Shown: positions 1 through 10,613, counted from the stretch's first letter. The stretch is DNA of 64,000 bases from a virus (IMGVR_UViG_3300044981_000078:1-64000); one strand, 5' to 3'. The notes: a model not told the origin generated them from the sequence alone. Numbers and translations are program-made.

Positions 1-247
1 GAGCTATTTCATTGATTAGCTCTTCCTGCCGCTCCATTTTGTAACGAAATGCCATCTTATCTGAAATTTCTTTTTCAGCGAGTATAGTCTCTTGAGCGAA
101 TGCTTTATAATCGCGAGGAAACCGAACCCAATTGGGTGTTCCACCAGACAAGAGCCTCTTAATTGTGGCTTGCGTGGTTTTCATATCTCGATAAACCTCC
201 CAAGGTTTTTCGAGATGATGCAATCCTTGCGTTATGTTTTCAGGCAT
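1..247 (-). CDS. Hypothetical protein downstream of the capsid gene (runs off the window)
   Basis: Open frame MPENITQGLHHLEKPWEVYRDMKTTQ...; its ATG at 247 overlaps the end of the upstream endonuclease ORF; not in the ORF track. Confidence 0.7.
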   Translation of the reverse strand, partial: MPENITQGLHHLEKPWEVYRDMKTTQATIKRLLSGGTPNWVRFPRDYKAFAQETILAEKEISDKMAFRYKMERQEELINEIA

Positions 248-688
248 GTGCTGATGCAAATCCTTTTAAATATTCAATTGCGTTCATCAAAGTTTTTTGA
301 GAATCATTCGCATATCCTATAATAAGATTACATGAATGACACAATAGTCCTCTATTACAAGAGCCGCAGCCTCTACGACCCGAGCAACAAGAATGATCGT
401 GATCTACAATTGGTTTAGACAATTCAATTTTACAAATAGCGCATTTACCACCTTGCTCTTCTAATCTTTTTATAAACTGCTCTGGCGACATTTTGTAATA
501 GTACTTTCTAGATTCATCAGAACGATTACCCCTAACTTTCTCGGACCACTTATTACGTTGCCGACGATACTTTATGGGGTGATCGATACGCCACTTCTTT
601 TGTTTTTTTTTTTAGATATTTCTTTTTTATGCAACTGATAGTAACTCTTTTTATGCGCCTTCCCTACATTTGAATCTTTGTACGGCAT
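240..688 (-). pseudogene. Endonuclease VII-like homing endonuclease, frameshifted in an A11 run
   Basis: MPYKDSN... start at 688 behind GGAG; C-terminal CAIC..DHDH..RGLLCHSCN in another frame; frames join at the homopolymer 603-613. Confidence 0.75.
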
Positions 689-690
689 AT

Positions 691-741
691 TAATCTCCAA
701 GAAGATAATCTGAGGCGATGTCTTGGCACCGCCTCTGATTA
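691..741 (-). promoter_or_regulatory. Kissing-loop SD-sequestering element, copy A
   Basis: GAGGCGGUG-[CCAAGA]-CAUCGCCUC ... AUCU-[UCUUGG]-AGAU, then AUG. Confidence 0.8.
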
Positions 742-777
742 GTATACCACAGATCATGACTCTGTGGGAAAGTTAAA

Positions 778-1720
778 CTACTGAATTGCAGGAACTGAGT
801 CAATCCACCTCATCCTTTGCGTGTTTGCGCCACGGGCAGGCGGAAGAGTTACCGTCTGGTGGAACTTGTATGAACACCATCCACCGATTGTTCCAGTTGG
901 GTCAAAGCTCGACTTCGGAGCGTTGTCCACAACAGAGCAATCGATTGTGCGCCAGTCGCCTTCGTGAAGGTCGGTGTCGCCCGGGACTTCCAACCATACG
1001 CCGATTATTGCGTAGTTACCGAATACATAGGTACGATAAGCAATCTTACCAGTTGACTGGTAGTTTGCGGTTGTGGTCACGAACGGAGTCTGACGCAACA
1101 CAATGTTGGTGCCTGGTAGTTCGATATCCATCTTCTGGTCTGCGCCAGCCATCTTATCGAACTTGTCAATGTTACCTAGCTTCCACAAGTCAACGATTGA
1201 GTTGTTCACTGTCGTTGCATTGAAGATATCACCTAGGACGTTTGGTGAAACTACTCCGGCAAACTTTCCACCACGGTTTGGCAATACGTTCTTTGAAACA
1301 AGCTGCTGCTTCAATTCACGGATTGTTCCCAAATCGATGGTGTACGGAGCAGATAGCAAGCTGCTCTGGTTAACCTGAGTATCAACCGAAGCGGCTCCCG
1401 CTGCGTCGGCTACTGCGCTATACAACTCAGAGATACTCTGTCCTGCCTGATATGCAAGTTCGATAGCGCTGTTTCCAACGACATCGTCCAATGCTGAAGC
1501 AATAACAAAGCTGCTGAAGTTGCTGTAGTTGTTCCACTCACCGACCTGAGCAGGAGAACTGATCTGGCCGACGAATTCCGGTGATCCTACGATACCGTCT
1601 CCAACCTGGGTTGTATCTCCAGTTAGAGTGTTGTACTGAAAGAACTGACGGTTGATACCGGCATTAAGAGGCTGAACCTTTCTCTCTGCCGCTACCAAGA
1701 ACGCGTCTGTTTCTCCCTTG
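778..1720 (-). CDS. Major capsid protein, exon 2
   Basis: Follows the scaffold gene; frame open from ...KGETDAFLVAAERK; joins exon 1 in frame. Confidence 0.8.
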
Positions 1721-2478
1721 CCTTATGTTAACTAACAGTTCTTTTTCCTGTTAGAGCGGACTATCACATCCCGCCGTCAGCGGGTTTTCTCGTTTAGTCT
1801 CTCACGCTGCTTTCGCTTGCGCCTTGTTCTCATCTCAGAGTTCAAGTCCATTAGAGAAAATTCTCACTGTTTCCAGTGACCCCATATAGTCAATGATTTT
1901 TTGTAGCTCTTCAAGATTTGCGTCAGATTTAATCCTATTAGCTCGGTGTGATATAAAGACTAAATTACCAGAGTATTTTTTCAAATATGGTAAATTAGGA
2001 TTCTTTCTATCTATAGAAGGACTAAGGTCTTTATTTTTTAAAGTTCCTTTTCCCTTTTTATACTTTATGCCGAGTACAGGACAAAAGTCTGTCAACTCAG
2101 GAAGGTCCTCTAATTCAAGATCACTCTCGTAACCTCTCCTTTTAGACCTCTCATGAATATTCTTCAAAGCTTGAAACTTGATTTGATCGTCAATAGATGA
2201 CAGCATTGAATAGCCGCCGTGCTTTCTGTTCTGATGCCCTTTTCTTCTAGCATCATCAGTAAGAAAACATCCGCAAGACTTAACCTTATTTTGCATAAGA
2301 GATGAAGTTGACACCACTTTTTCTTTACCACAAACGCAATGACAGAGCCAACGTCCTACTACTACATTACCACCTGTGGTTACCTTACTCTCTGCTCTTT
2401 CAATAACTGTAAGTCTTCCGAATTGTCTATTTTTCAAATCTATTATTTTCATTAACTAGCTCCACTATTTAGTGGTCG
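1721..2478 (-). ncRNA. Group I intron in the major capsid gene
   Basis: 5' exon ends in U (CCAACCU); intron ends in G (AUAAGG); R/S elements GAGACUAAACGAG and GAUGUGAUAGUCC; P2 UCACUG-GAAA-CAGUGA; P3 UUUUCUC/GAGAAAA; splicing restores P-N-L-K-G-E. Confidence 0.9.
1835..2452 (-). CDS. Intron-encoded HNH-type homing endonuclease
   Basis: N-terminal FGRLTVI..WLCHCVCG..SCGC; C-terminal CPVLG..SPSIDRK..NLVFISHRANRIKS. Confidence 0.85.
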   Translation of the reverse strand: MKIIDLKNRQFGRLTVIERAESKVTTGGNVVVGRWLCHCVCGKEKVVSTSSLMQNKVKSCGCFLTDDARRKGHQNRKHGGYSMLSSIDDQIKFQALKNIHERSKRRGYESDLELEDLPELTDFCPVLGIKYKKGKGTLKNKDLSPSIDRKNPNLPYLKKYSGNLVFISHRANRIKSDANLEELQKIIDYMGSLETVRIFSNGLEL

Positions 2479-2570
2479 AGGTTGGGAATGAGTTCCTTAT
2501 CAAAAAGAATACTCTGTGCCGTCAATATATTCCCAACGTTTGCTGCTGACGGGTTTGGTGATCCAGCCAT
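2479..2570 (-). CDS. Major capsid protein, exon 1 (MAGSPNPSAANVGNILTAQSILFDKELIPN-L)
   Basis: ATG at 2570 after GAGG; 92 nt; in frame with exon 2 after intron removal. Confidence 0.8.
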
Positions 2571-2614
2571 AGCTGAACCTCGTGTGCTTTATCTCCGCTT
2601 ACGCGGGTTGTCGA

Positions 2615-3883
2615 TTATCGTTGAGCCCTCTGGTTTCTCTCCCGTACGAATTCCTCGATTAGAGGACGCATCTGCGGATCACGCATGTGCTTCTTCATTT
2701 GCTCGGGAGACCATGACTTAACTTCTTCTGACGTGAGCTTCTTAGGCTTAGCTGGACCCGGTCGAGTCGCTGACGACTCACCTGGAACCAAACCGCCGTT
2801 TACCCCCGGTCTTGGGATAGCAGTAGCCGGATTAACCGGTGCTGCGGCCTGTGCCGGAACAGTCGCTACCGGCTGCACTGCCGGTACCGCTGTTGGTGTA
2901 ACTGTCACTGCCGCTACCGGGGTTACCGGAACAACAGGCGCTGTCACCACCGGATTGGCCGGAGGGGTTGGCGCAACCGGCTCTCGTGGTACGGGAGCCA
3001 GCTTGGATTCTATAGCAAGAAAACAAATCTCTAAATTGTCGTATGTCCAAGTCAACTCCGGGTTTTCTACGAAGTAGTCCTTGACCAGTTCGATATTTGC
3101 CTTACAATTGTAAAAATCTTCTTTATGATTATCCAAAAATCGTCGGCTTACTGCGGCTTGACGCGCTGTCTCTGCTGCCTCAGCGTCTAGCTTGTCTTTT
3201 TCGGCCTTCTGAACCTTTCGGATAGCAGCCAACTGTTTTTGAGGATCGTCTGACTTCAAATCCTTCATAGACTCTAATAGCTCCGCATCAGATAGATTCT
3301 GTGGAGATACCGGCTGTTGGTCTTTAAATGAAATTTTTTGCTGCTTAAGACGATGGCCCCAACGAACTGCCTGAGTATGGGCCTCCTTCTGCTTTATAGA
3401 CAGTTCAACCCAAGAGCGAGCCTCAAGGTGAGTCGGCCTACCGATTGGGTTTCCATGTTCGTCCACGGATTGATAATCTTGTACTAGCTTAGCGATGTTT
3501 CCGTATTGATCTCTAGTAGCTGAGATTCCAGCCAACGCTAACTGCTCGTTCTCTACCTTAAGAGCGGCTTCTCTTTCAGCCTCTTTGGCTGCTGCAGCCT
3601 GAGCTTCCGCTTGTACTGCTGCAATCCGCTGTTGCTCTGCTTCGTCAGGAAGTGTTACTACCGGGTCCGGAACAATCTCTGGTTCGGGCTGCACCGCAGA
3701 GTTTGCTTCTATTTGTCTTTGCGCTGCTTCAATATCTGCTAGTGACTGAGATTTAACGACAGTTAAAACAGCATGTCTCATCTCATCTGATCTGCGCATT
3801 TGATCTTTCATTTCCTGCCCAGTCCACTTTAATACTTCAGAGAAACTAAGGGTTTCAGGAGTAAGTCCAGGGGTTACGCTCAT
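2615..3883 (-). CDS. Probable capsid scaffolding protein
   Basis: Lies between portal and capsid; coiled-coil and Pro/Ala-rich linker. Confidence 0.6.
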   Translation of the reverse strand: MSVTPGLTPETLSFSEVLKWTGQEMKDQMRRSDEMRHAVLTVVKSQSLADIEAAQRQIEANSAVQPEPEIVPDPVVTLPDEAEQQRIAAVQAEAQAAAAKEAEREAALKVENEQLALAGISATRDQYGNIAKLVQDYQSVDEHGNPIGRPTHLEARSWVELSIKQKEAHTQAVRWGHRLKQQKISFKDQQPVSPQNLSDAELLESMKDLKSDDPQKQLAAIRKVQKAEKDKLDAEAAETARQAAVSRRFLDNHKEDFYNCKANIELVKDYFVENPELTWTYDNLEICFLAIESKLAPVPREPVAPTPPANPVVTAPVVPVTPVAAVTVTPTAVPAVQPVATVPAQAAAPVNPATAIPRPGVNGGLVPGESSATRPGPAKPKKLTSEEVKSWSPEQMKKHMRDPQMRPLIEEFVRERNQRAQR

Positions 3884-3884
3884 A

Positions 3885-4232
3885 TTATTCCGTCCTTGTG
3901 ACGAGTGGTTTTACGATTCGATTGACTTCAGGTTCCGCTTTTGTATCTTGAGTTTGACTAGCTTCCGCCATAGCGGTTTGCCAATCGATAGACTGAAGAA
4001 CCAAAAGAGAAAATTCGCTTCGATCTCTTGCCTTAGATTGGAGGGCCTTGAGTTTTCGCTCGTAGCCCTCTTCAATCGGGTCTAGCTTAATAACATCCTC
4101 AGTCGCTCTTTTACAGGCCTCCATAAACATCAGTTCGAGTACTGAAAACCCCGGATGATGTCTAAGTCCTGTAAGATTGAGTCGCTGAGTCTCTGTCAGG
4201 GTATCCGACAGTAGAGGCGTTTTATTTGCCAT
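3885..4232 (-). CDS. Hypothetical protein, head module
   Basis: ORF between portal and scaffold; overlaps the upstream endonuclease end. Confidence 0.6.
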   Translation of the reverse strand: MANKTPLLSDTLTETQRLNLTGLRHHPGFSVLELMFMEACKRATEDVIKLDPIEEGYERKLKALQSKARDRSEFSLLVLQSIDWQTAMAEASQTQDTKAEPEVNRIVKPLVTRTE

Positions 4233-4662
4233 TGTACTTCCTTAGATATTCGATTGCACTAGATAGCCTCTTAGTGTCTTCGTGAGCAAAGCCTACAAAA
4301 ACATTACACGAGTGGCATAATAAGCCTCGCGGCTGTCTAGTTTTATGATTGTGGTCAACGCTCGGCTTACTGAGAACAGAAAAACAAATAGCACACTTAC
4401 CTTCCTGATCTTTTAACTTCTGCTCAAACCACTCTTGAGTTACGCCGTAATTTCTCTTTCGTGCATAGGCTGCATACTTCTCTGGATGCTTACGACGATG
4501 ACCCTTAATATACTCATTCTGATATCCCGGGTTATCTCGTTTATATTTATTAACCTTTTCAGGGTTGTCTAGAGCCCACCGCTTCTTTCTTAAAGAAATC
4601 TCGTTTTTATGGGCCTCATGATACTTCTTATTCTTTTCTCGTTCTTGCTCTTTTGTTTTCAT
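4222..4662 (-). CDS. Endonuclease VII-like homing endonuclease
   Basis: CAIC..VDHNH..RGLLCHSCN motif. Confidence 0.85.
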   Translation of the reverse strand: MKTKEQEREKNKKYHEAHKNEISLRKKRWALDNPEKVNKYKRDNPGYQNEYIKGHRRKHPEKYAAYARKRNYGVTQEWFEQKLKDQEGKCAICFSVLSKPSVDHNHKTRQPRGLLCHSCNVFVGFAHEDTKRLSSAIEYLRKYNGK

Positions 4663-4665
4663 ATT

Positions 4666-4713
4666 CTCTCCATTAAGAGTGATCTGGGGCGTGTAATGGC
4701 ACGCCCCTAATCA
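4666..4713 (-). promoter_or_regulatory. Kissing-loop SD-sequestering element, copy B
   Basis: GGGGCGUG-[CCAUUA]-CACGCCCC ... CUCU-[UAAUGG]-AGAG, then AUG. Confidence 0.8.
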
Positions 4714-4743
4714 GTAAACCTCAACGGATCAGGTTGAGGAAAA

Positions 4744-6864
4744 TTATAGCGCTGTAGTTGAACCAAATGACTCAGGATTGTCCGATGGTTGACCGGCTGC
4801 TTCCATATTAAGTGAGTGTTCGGTTGCTGAACGAAGTACTTCGGCTCCAGCCTTTCCGAGTTGTCTTTGATCTTCCAACTGTTGTTCTTGTTGGAATTTC
4901 TGCTGTTGCACTGCTTGCTGCGCTTGCAATTGCTTTTGCTGCATAGCTGCTGGTTGATTTGCGTCGTAACGTTGCTTCTGTTCCGGAGTCATAGGAGTCA
5001 TAAAATCCTGAGAAAATTTCCATCCGGCTGCATCAGTAAATGCCTTAAAAATTGCAACACCATCGAATTGATAACCCGAATCATTAATGTTTTTTACAAA
5101 TACCGGGCTATTCAAAAGTTGAATTATCACTGGAAGTGCCTGAGCCATCTCTTTCTTGGCACCAAGATGAGACCCAGCAAGAACCTCATATTCGAATTTT
5201 GCACTTCGAAACTCGATATGATCTCCCATGTATGTTGTACCTAGCTCCTCACCAAGCACTCGGCGTAGAACTGAGGTCGGAAGAAGCTGATTGTTTAACT
5301 CATCCATCTGATACAGCCAAGGTACAAACACTTGTTCTATCAAACGACTACTTGGGCCGTCTAGACGTGACGCATTAGCTTGAACAACGGCTGCCGCTCC
5401 GGTTCCTGATCGCATTCCGGTGGTCTTAACACCGGCTGCTCCAGCACCCATCATTACCTGTTCATTGGCCCCTGATGTTTCCTGCGCGGCTGCGCGAGTA
5501 ACATTCAAGAACTGCCACGCTTCCGAAGGAACAGGAGGCATTGTCATAAACTTAAATGCCTTGTCAACATCATCGTCCACGTCTATGATTCCGCCCTGCT
5601 TCCAGCGGGTCATCTGAGTAGGAACATTAAAACCTTTCTTACGTACGGCGGTTGGTTGTAGTCCGTATGCAAGCAGGTCAAGAGCCAGGTTTGTAATTCC
5701 CTGTTCGACTATCTGTTCGCTTCCTATTAGTAAGCCGAGTCCCTGACCATAGAAAGCGTCCGGTATATTTCTCCAGTTTGCACTAAAAAACGGAAGCGCT
5801 CCGTAAGGATTTGGCTCGTTTCGAAGCAATATGTTCTGGCCGCTAAAAGACAAAACTACAATGACCTTTTGTTTGTCCCAGCGCTCAAGAATTTCCATAG
5901 GAGCATCTTGAGGGTCAGAACTACTCTTAAAGGTTCTCGGTAGTGCGTGCTGTAGGTATCCACGCATGCCTTCTGGAATAGTCAATGTCAGATTATCCGG
6001 CTTAGCCGTAGGACCGGATAAGAAAAATGACTTAAGGTCTTCCTCACTCGGAATATCGTATCCCGGAGTATCTCGCAGCGAGTTCAAATCATCAAATGTA
6101 ACATAGTCTCGATAGATGACCCACTTCGCTTCTCGAATATCTCCGACACGAGTACCTGGGTCCACCAAAACTGTTCGTATGTCACAAAACTTAATCCAGG
6201 GACGAGAAATCTGCATGGACTCAACGAACACTTCGAAGTCATCAGATTCCGGAGTATCTATAGGAGATGTCGGCACCGTTGTATCGAGAGACGCAGGAGC
6301 CTGCTTCCTACGATATCTCTTTACATTTTCTGTCTTCTCTAGATAACCCCACTTGAATATAGTGGTGCCATAGAGAGCCATCTGATCTACCCCACGCTCA
6401 ACCTGGGTCTTAAACTTCATGTCCCACAGTTGGGCGGAGAATAGAGCGGTCTTAGCGCGGGTCACTTCCTGCTTTGTTCCCGGTCGGGGGCGTAGCAAGA
6501 ACGGAGGGTCTTCATAAAACAAACCCTCTATGATTTTAGGAACTATAGAACTTATGTGATTTGATACAGTAAACTTCGGAACGTTCGCTTGAGCTACATT
6601 TCCGCCATCAAAGGCGCTAGACTGTCTCGGGCTCTGAAAGATAATTCCAGAATCAATCCATCCGGACGCCCACTGATTAACATTAATGTAATTGTCAGCC
6701 AGTGCAGCATCATCTATAACTAGTTTTAGCGCTGCGCCGTCATCAAACATGTAAGTACCAGTATCCTGGTCCTTGTGCATGTCCTTTGACGTAATGTTGC
6801 CTACCGCATCAACTGCCTTGCTCTCCAAGGTTTCAGCCGCATGCGGATTCAACGGTTCTGTCAT
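4744..6864 (-). CDS. Portal protein (P22/podovirus-like)
   Basis: 706 aa, directly after the terminase; Q-rich C-terminal helix. Confidence 0.8.
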   Translation of the reverse strand: MTEPLNPHAAETLESKAVDAVGNITSKDMHKDQDTGTYMFDDGAALKLVIDDAALADNYINVNQWASGWIDSGIIFQSPRQSSAFDGGNVAQANVPKFTVSNHISSIVPKIIEGLFYEDPPFLLRPRPGTKQEVTRAKTALFSAQLWDMKFKTQVERGVDQMALYGTTIFKWGYLEKTENVKRYRRKQAPASLDTTVPTSPIDTPESDDFEVFVESMQISRPWIKFCDIRTVLVDPGTRVGDIREAKWVIYRDYVTFDDLNSLRDTPGYDIPSEEDLKSFFLSGPTAKPDNLTLTIPEGMRGYLQHALPRTFKSSSDPQDAPMEILERWDKQKVIVVLSFSGQNILLRNEPNPYGALPFFSANWRNIPDAFYGQGLGLLIGSEQIVEQGITNLALDLLAYGLQPTAVRKKGFNVPTQMTRWKQGGIIDVDDDVDKAFKFMTMPPVPSEAWQFLNVTRAAAQETSGANEQVMMGAGAAGVKTTGMRSGTGAAAVVQANASRLDGPSSRLIEQVFVPWLYQMDELNNQLLPTSVLRRVLGEELGTTYMGDHIEFRSAKFEYEVLAGSHLGAKKEMAQALPVIIQLLNSPVFVKNINDSGYQFDGVAIFKAFTDAAGWKFSQDFMTPMTPEQKQRYDANQPAAMQQKQLQAQQAVQQQKFQQEQQLEDQRQLGKAGAEVLRSATEHSLNMEAAGQPSDNPESFGSTTAL

Positions 6865-6867
6865 ATT

Positions 6868-9126
6868 TTATGCTCGTAGCCCATTTCCCCCAAAAATTCG
6901 TTGGGCTATTGAACTGTTTCCAACGTCTTCGGAGGGGGTATATATTGGTTCCAATGCCGGAGGATTTATGTTATATCTACCAAACATTGCGTCGTGCTGC
7001 GCTCTTAAAATCTTTGCGCCCATCTCTCTTTCTAGCTGCTCCACCTCTTGCTGTTGCTGCTCAGGAGATTTTGGAGTACTGCTAGGAAGATATCGGCTAA
7101 TAAAAGATAGCGCATCTGGGATGTCGTCTTTTCTAGAACGTGTACTTTTAGCCCCAGTGTATTGACTTAACTGAGTAAAAGTTTCGTCGTTCCACGGTCC
7201 CATAGCAAAATATAATCGATCAGACTTAAGTAAGACCTCAAGGCCTTTAACTCGATTACGTTTTGCGTCGTATCCCTGTTCAACTGGCGCTCTAAATATG
7301 TGGTACCACGGTAACCCGGTTTTCTTAAAGTGCTCCGGAATGGCATACATCCAGAATGACTCCAGACCTCCGGTATCCTCAACGTGTATTCGTTTTGGTA
7401 ACCAGCGCTGATTAAGTTGAGCCAATTCTTGGGCTGTTTGTGTTTGAGTCCACCTGCCGAACACCACTTCTAAAACAACAACCGAAACAATGCCATCTTG
7501 TAGACCAGTTTGCGGGTCTTTCTTTTTATAAATTTTCATGGCTGCAAAGGTAGAAAAATCTGAATTCTTCTTTGCTTCTTTAGCCATATCGCCTACAATG
7601 TATATCTCACCTTTAAGGGCCTGGGCTTCTGTGGGAAGCATTTGATGGGCCTTCAATAACTCTAAAGGCATATCAATAGCATCAGCGCCCCAGACAGGCT
7701 CATTAAGATACTGACATCGGAATGTAGACTCGTTCTTTAGTTTTCCCTGAAGAAACTTCCAGTCTGCGTGCTCTGGAAAGGTCAATGTGACCATGTGCTC
7801 TTCAAGCTCTTTAACTTTTTTATTTCCTATATGCGAAAAAGCTGGCTTAACGTACCAGGCCGCTCGCTTGAACAGCTTGATACCATGAACTTCAGGCTTC
7901 TCGATGGCTGCATCCTCAATATACCCGTAATAATCATCCGGGAAGTATCGAGTACCAATCATATCCACCCAACCCCATGTGTCACATACAGACATGGTGG
8001 TGTCTATGTGGTTCTTTAATTTTTCTCTGGTAACTGTAGTTTGACAGTTGGTGTTTGATACCACGTCATCAAACTTCAATATGTCGCAATGCAAACCAGA
8101 CAATGTGGAATCAATAGAGTCTGCCCAAAGAGTAGGATATGTGCGATCCAGTCTACGAGCCGGACACTTCACAGGCTCATTAGATGTTCCCTTTACACCT
8201 CGTAAAATATACTCTGGAAAAAGTAAGTGAAGGGCGCTCGGTTCCGCTCCGGCAGCAAGGAAAAACTTCTTCTTAATCTGATTAACGAAAATCTCTGCGA
8301 GATTATTATCCGCGCAAAGAATAATCATACTGATATCTGGAACCGAAAGCATCCACTGAACTGCGTCTGCTCTGCCTATGGTTGACTTGAAAAAATCTCT
8401 AGCGTCTTCTGTCAGAGATATCTTTTCATAATTACTTGGAGAGTCTACCTCTTCAGGTCTAAAAACATAATTTTTAGTTTCTGGATTCCATACAGTGGGA
8501 ACACGATTCTGTCTCTTGATGGCCGTGGTTAGTTCCATAATTCCATAACCGGAACGATACACACCATCAAAGTTCTTAGAGACAAACTGATTGCAAACAA
8601 CCTGATGAACTCGCTCCACTACTAAGGTCTCGCCCAGCACTTCTCGGGCTAGCCATAGCAGGTCTTTGCGAGCTTGATCTCTGGCGTACAGCCAATTTTG
8701 AAAGTCTAAATATCCATCATCGTGAAAATGGACACCATAAGAGTATTCACCGGTAGCTATTCCTTTTTTATCAAGAATAGGGTATCCGGCTATTCTTCTA
8801 GCTTTAATTGGCTCTACAGCCGATTCTTTTTTCTTTTTCTTTCCACGTTGTTCTTCTTCCTCGGTTAAATGTTCTACACCGATATAAAGAAGCCACATCT
8901 CTTCCATCGGAGTTCTCTGACGACCAGCGCCGTCAGCCGGACTAGTGTGTCCTTCTCCGCGAAAGTACTTACCTTCTAGACAGCACTCAAGAATTTCTGG
9001 GTCTACCTTGGATAAATCTAAGCCTTCGACCTCGCCCTTAACCAGTTTCGACCAGAATGCAGTTTGTTTCTTCGCACGATGACTAACAAACTCCCAGTCT
9101 CTTTTAGGTTGCCCCGTTAATGGCAT
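6868..9126 (-). CDS. Terminase large subunit
   Basis: ARDFFKST Walker A-like, LKFDD Walker B, IGTRY motif, C-terminal RNase H-like domain ending KDDIPDALS. Confidence 0.88.
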   Translation of the reverse strand: MPLTGQPKRDWEFVSHRAKKQTAFWSKLVKGEVEGLDLSKVDPEILECCLEGKYFRGEGHTSPADGAGRQRTPMEEMWLLYIGVEHLTEEEEQRGKKKKKESAVEPIKARRIAGYPILDKKGIATGEYSYGVHFHDDGYLDFQNWLYARDQARKDLLWLAREVLGETLVVERVHQVVCNQFVSKNFDGVYRSGYGIMELTTAIKRQNRVPTVWNPETKNYVFRPEEVDSPSNYEKISLTEDARDFFKSTIGRADAVQWMLSVPDISMIILCADNNLAEIFVNQIKKKFFLAAGAEPSALHLLFPEYILRGVKGTSNEPVKCPARRLDRTYPTLWADSIDSTLSGLHCDILKFDDVVSNTNCQTTVTREKLKNHIDTTMSVCDTWGWVDMIGTRYFPDDYYGYIEDAAIEKPEVHGIKLFKRAAWYVKPAFSHIGNKKVKELEEHMVTLTFPEHADWKFLQGKLKNESTFRCQYLNEPVWGADAIDMPLELLKAHQMLPTEAQALKGEIYIVGDMAKEAKKNSDFSTFAAMKIYKKKDPQTGLQDGIVSVVVLEVVFGRWTQTQTAQELAQLNQRWLPKRIHVEDTGGLESFWMYAIPEHFKKTGLPWYHIFRAPVEQGYDAKRNRVKGLEVLLKSDRLYFAMGPWNDETFTQLSQYTGAKSTRSRKDDIPDALSFISRYLPSSTPKSPEQQQQEVEQLEREMGAKILRAQHDAMFGRYNINPPALEPIYTPSEDVGNSSIAQRIFGGNGLRA

Positions 9127-9147
9127 GAATTGATCTCCGACTATTGA

Positions 9148-9771
9148 TTATGAAGCATAGGCTGTCTCTTCTGATTCTTTCTTCGGCTTAAATACAGGCT
9201 TAACATTAAACCTTTTACCGTCGAATGAGACCTCTACCACCCCACCCGGCTCTACTAAAGCAGCCTTGTGGTTTCCGTGCAACAAATTACCTAAAGAATG
9301 GATTATGCTAGAATGTACGGCTAAATAACTTGGCTTACCTGTTCTATATCCGACTCTAAATGCTCTAAGAAGCGGTCTTCGAGATCGAGAATTTATATTA
9401 TCAATCGACTCCCCGCCGGGGATCGGAACATCAGTATGCTCGTGATAATACTTCATCTGCTCTTTATGATCGCTCTTCTTTTCTCCGGTATACTTTCCGG
9501 CGTCTAGAGGTAAAAGAGACTGAAGAGGGGTAGCTTTAATTCCACGGCCTTCTAATACTTCTTTTGCGGTATCTCTAGACCTACTTAAAGGGCTGGTCCA
9601 GGCTTGTCCGATTCGCTTATCGGCCATAAACTCTGCCTGTTCTTTTGCGTCTTGACGACCCTGCTGATCTAAAGGAACATTTTCCTGACCACGGTATCTG
9701 TCTTCTTTATTAAGCTCCGTCGTACCGTGTCTGCCAACGTAGGCGACTACCTGGTCGTTATTTTCTGCCAT
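9148..9771 (-). CDS. Histidine phosphatase family protein
   Basis: RHG motif, SPLSRSRDTA, GGES, late catalytic H. Confidence 0.85.
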   Translation of the reverse strand: MAENNDQVVAYVGRHGTTELNKEDRYRGQENVPLDQQGRQDAKEQAEFMADKRIGQAWTSPLSRSRDTAKEVLEGRGIKATPLQSLLPLDAGKYTGEKKSDHKEQMKYYHEHTDVPIPGGESIDNINSRSRRPLLRAFRVGYRTGKPSYLAVHSSIIHSLGNLLHGNHKAALVEPGGVVEVSFDGKRFNVKPVFKPKKESEETAYAS

Positions 9772-9958
9772 GTATCACCTACGATAGCTCTCGTATTCTC
9801 CGCTCTATTTCTTCATCCGTGGGTTCTTTAATTGAAAACGTCTTCAAACTTGCATAGACTTGAATAAGTTCAACACGACGACGCTTCTCTTCCTCTATTT
9901 GCATCATTAACTTCGCAATAACGCGAAGAAGAGTCTGTTCATCAAACATCAGGAGCCC

Positions 9959-10162
9959 CTATTGTTGGTCGTGATCTCTCTGTGCCGGTGAAAATGCGTG
10001 TCCAGTAATAGCGCCCAACACTGTTGCAGTAAATGCCACGAATGTGGGGTCCATGTGGTGAAACCACTGAAGGACAGCACCTGTGCCAAATACTCCAACA
10101 CACACTGGAAGGTGATAATCTTTTACAGCCGACAACCACTTGTCTACAGTATTAAATGACAT
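9959..10162 (-). CDS. Small two-TM membrane protein (holin-like)
   Basis: Two hydrophobic segments. Confidence 0.4.
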   Translation of the reverse strand: MSFNTVDKWLSAVKDYHLPVCVGVFGTGAVLQWFHHMDPTFVAFTATVLGAITGHAFSPAQRDHDQQ

Positions 10163-10613
10163 CAAATTTCTCCACATACGCATGGGCGTCCAACAAGCAC
10201 TGCAAATTGCGCTTTTCGAAAAACCCTAAACCAGCGTTGTGTCCACTGCACAGAATTCCACGAACTTTTCCCGAGACATGAGAGTGGTCGATTGGCGAAT
10301 ATAAATCAACTGTCGCTTCACAGTGAGAAAAAGCACATTTAAAATTTTGTTCGATAAGCATCGCGTCATGCTGCTCAGTTGTTAAACCGTACTTCCTCTT
10401 AACCCAACTATGTCGTACTCGATCTCGATTTCTTCTATTCCACTCAGAAACCAAACGACGATGACGATCCGGATTCTTTCTAACCCAATTATCTTTAAAT
10501 TTTTGTACTCTATCGGGGTGCGCTTCGGCCCAAGCCTTAGCAGCCGCAACTTTCTTCGCTTTGTTTCTCTTATGATACTCACGATCATAAGCAGCTTTAT
10601 CTTCCTTATTCAT
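10152..10613 (-). CDS. Endonuclease VII-like homing endonuclease
   Basis: KYGLT..CAF..IDHSH..VRGILC..HN motif. Confidence 0.85.
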   Translation of the reverse strand: MNKEDKAAYDREYHKRNKAKKVAAAKAWAEAHPDRVQKFKDNWVRKNPDRHRRLVSEWNRRNRDRVRHSWVKRKYGLTTEQHDAMLIEQNFKCAFSHCEATVDLYSPIDHSHVSGKVRGILCSGHNAGLGFFEKRNLQCLLDAHAYVEKFDVI

